DNA of 63,733 nt, filler included, from Sluysia triapertura (taxonomy: Eukaryota), in NCBI GenBank assembly GCA_046118255.1. It is 5 parts of 5 records of this genome, joined end to end, with 100 filler letters (N's around TTAATTAATTAA, not from the genome) between each part and the next. Parts side by side here need not be neighbours in the genome. Positions count along the whole stretch, not along the records: positions 50,586 to 63,733 come from JBJNIA010056437.1; 4 more parts are not named here. One strand, written 5' to 3'. How positions within the stretch are numbered: the stretch's first letter is position 1; the number at the start of each line of letters is the position of its first letter. Positions 62,801 to 63,733 of this stretch are shown here, piece after piece. Made by a program: the position numbers and the translations under genes. The notes beneath the pieces are model-generated. The model did no database searches, was not told the DNA's origin, and was given only the letters and a program-made list of their open reading frames with translations.

Positions 62801-63733
62801 TTATTCTTTACAATTTGTAGATTATCATTGCTATTTAGATTTGGCCTTAAGGTATTATTAATATCCATTTTATGGTAAAGACTTTTTTTTGTCTTGGTTT
62901 ATTTAATAGATAATTAAGTAATTCAAAACTAGTAAGAATTGCACGTTCACAAATTACAAATTCTGCATGCATTGGAATGTGATAGATTTACAAAGGATAG
63001 GTTGAACGAAGACTATAATTAAACGACTCATGACTCAGCATATTACACAAAGACCCTCACAAAAAGGCTGCAAATTCGTCGCCTCACGTATAAATCGCAG
63101 GTCGTAGTGCTACGTTTAAGTCTTAAAGAGCTTAATTGCAAAATAAAAGATAATAAGAATTCGCTTGTAGTATGCGTCTTACAGAGGCGTATCTACAAGT
63201 AACGTGCATAATTATAAGCGTTTAATTACAAAAAATACTTTGATTATTTTTATTTATATAATTCAAAATTTCTTGAGGGTTTAATATCACTATATTAATT
63301 TTGCAGTCGAAGGTACTTTAGTAATCAATCTTACGCAAGGTTTAATACTTATTCTCAACCTTTAATTACTGTATATTGAAATTGAGAAAACCTTTAGTAT
63401 TTATATGCATTAATTTAATGGATTGTTTGTTATTTTTGTCTATGAGTTTTAATGGATATTTTAAAAAAATCCATTGATATTTATTTCTAGTTTTAATGTA
63501 TATATTCTAAAAATTTCCATTAATATTACTTTTTATGAACACCATTAATTCTGTAAATTAAATTATTTTATTTTATTTAGTTCTCATTTTAATTTTGTAA
63601 ATTTTATAATAATAATATTATTAATATAATAAAAATACAATAATACTTTATAAATTCATTTAAAAAATACAATATTTATATAATTATACAAATTTACAAA
63701 CATTATAAACAAGATACAGTAGGTAAATCGTAG

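Overview
AT-rich eukaryotic (metazoan) nuclear DNA in the standard genetic code, with spliceosomal introns as short as 34-35 nt. This suggests a compact, fast-evolving invertebrate genome (inference). The main gene is a 7-exon ASH1/ASH1L H3K36 methyltransferase (12214..25693, +, about 2377 aa: AT-hook-like, AWS-SET-postSET, bromo, PHD, BAH), reconstructed by hand with phase-consistent GT-AG introns. Also present are the first two coding exons of a divergent tropomyosin (-) and two exons of a UBE3D/HECT_2-type E3 ligase (+). Decayed gene copies include RPLP1, UBTD1/2, a BTB-BACK protein and two CCCH zinc-finger genes sharing an unusual C-x9-C-x6-C-x3-H spacing. Transposon remnants include CsRn1-like Gypsy, a BEL/Pao-like gag with 11-aa repeats, Tigger/pogo, maT/Tc1 and piggyBac-type ends. 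The most notable observation is a 5'-truncated restriction-like-endonuclease (NeSL/Utopia/R2-type) non-LTR retrotransposon lying between the 5' and 3' parts of a tRNA-Ala-like sequence, a candidate tRNA-targeting site-specific retroelement. Two similar micro-exon cascades are also visible. All homology calls come from recalled family motifs, not from database searches. Four gaps carry an artificial TTAATTAATTAA linker.
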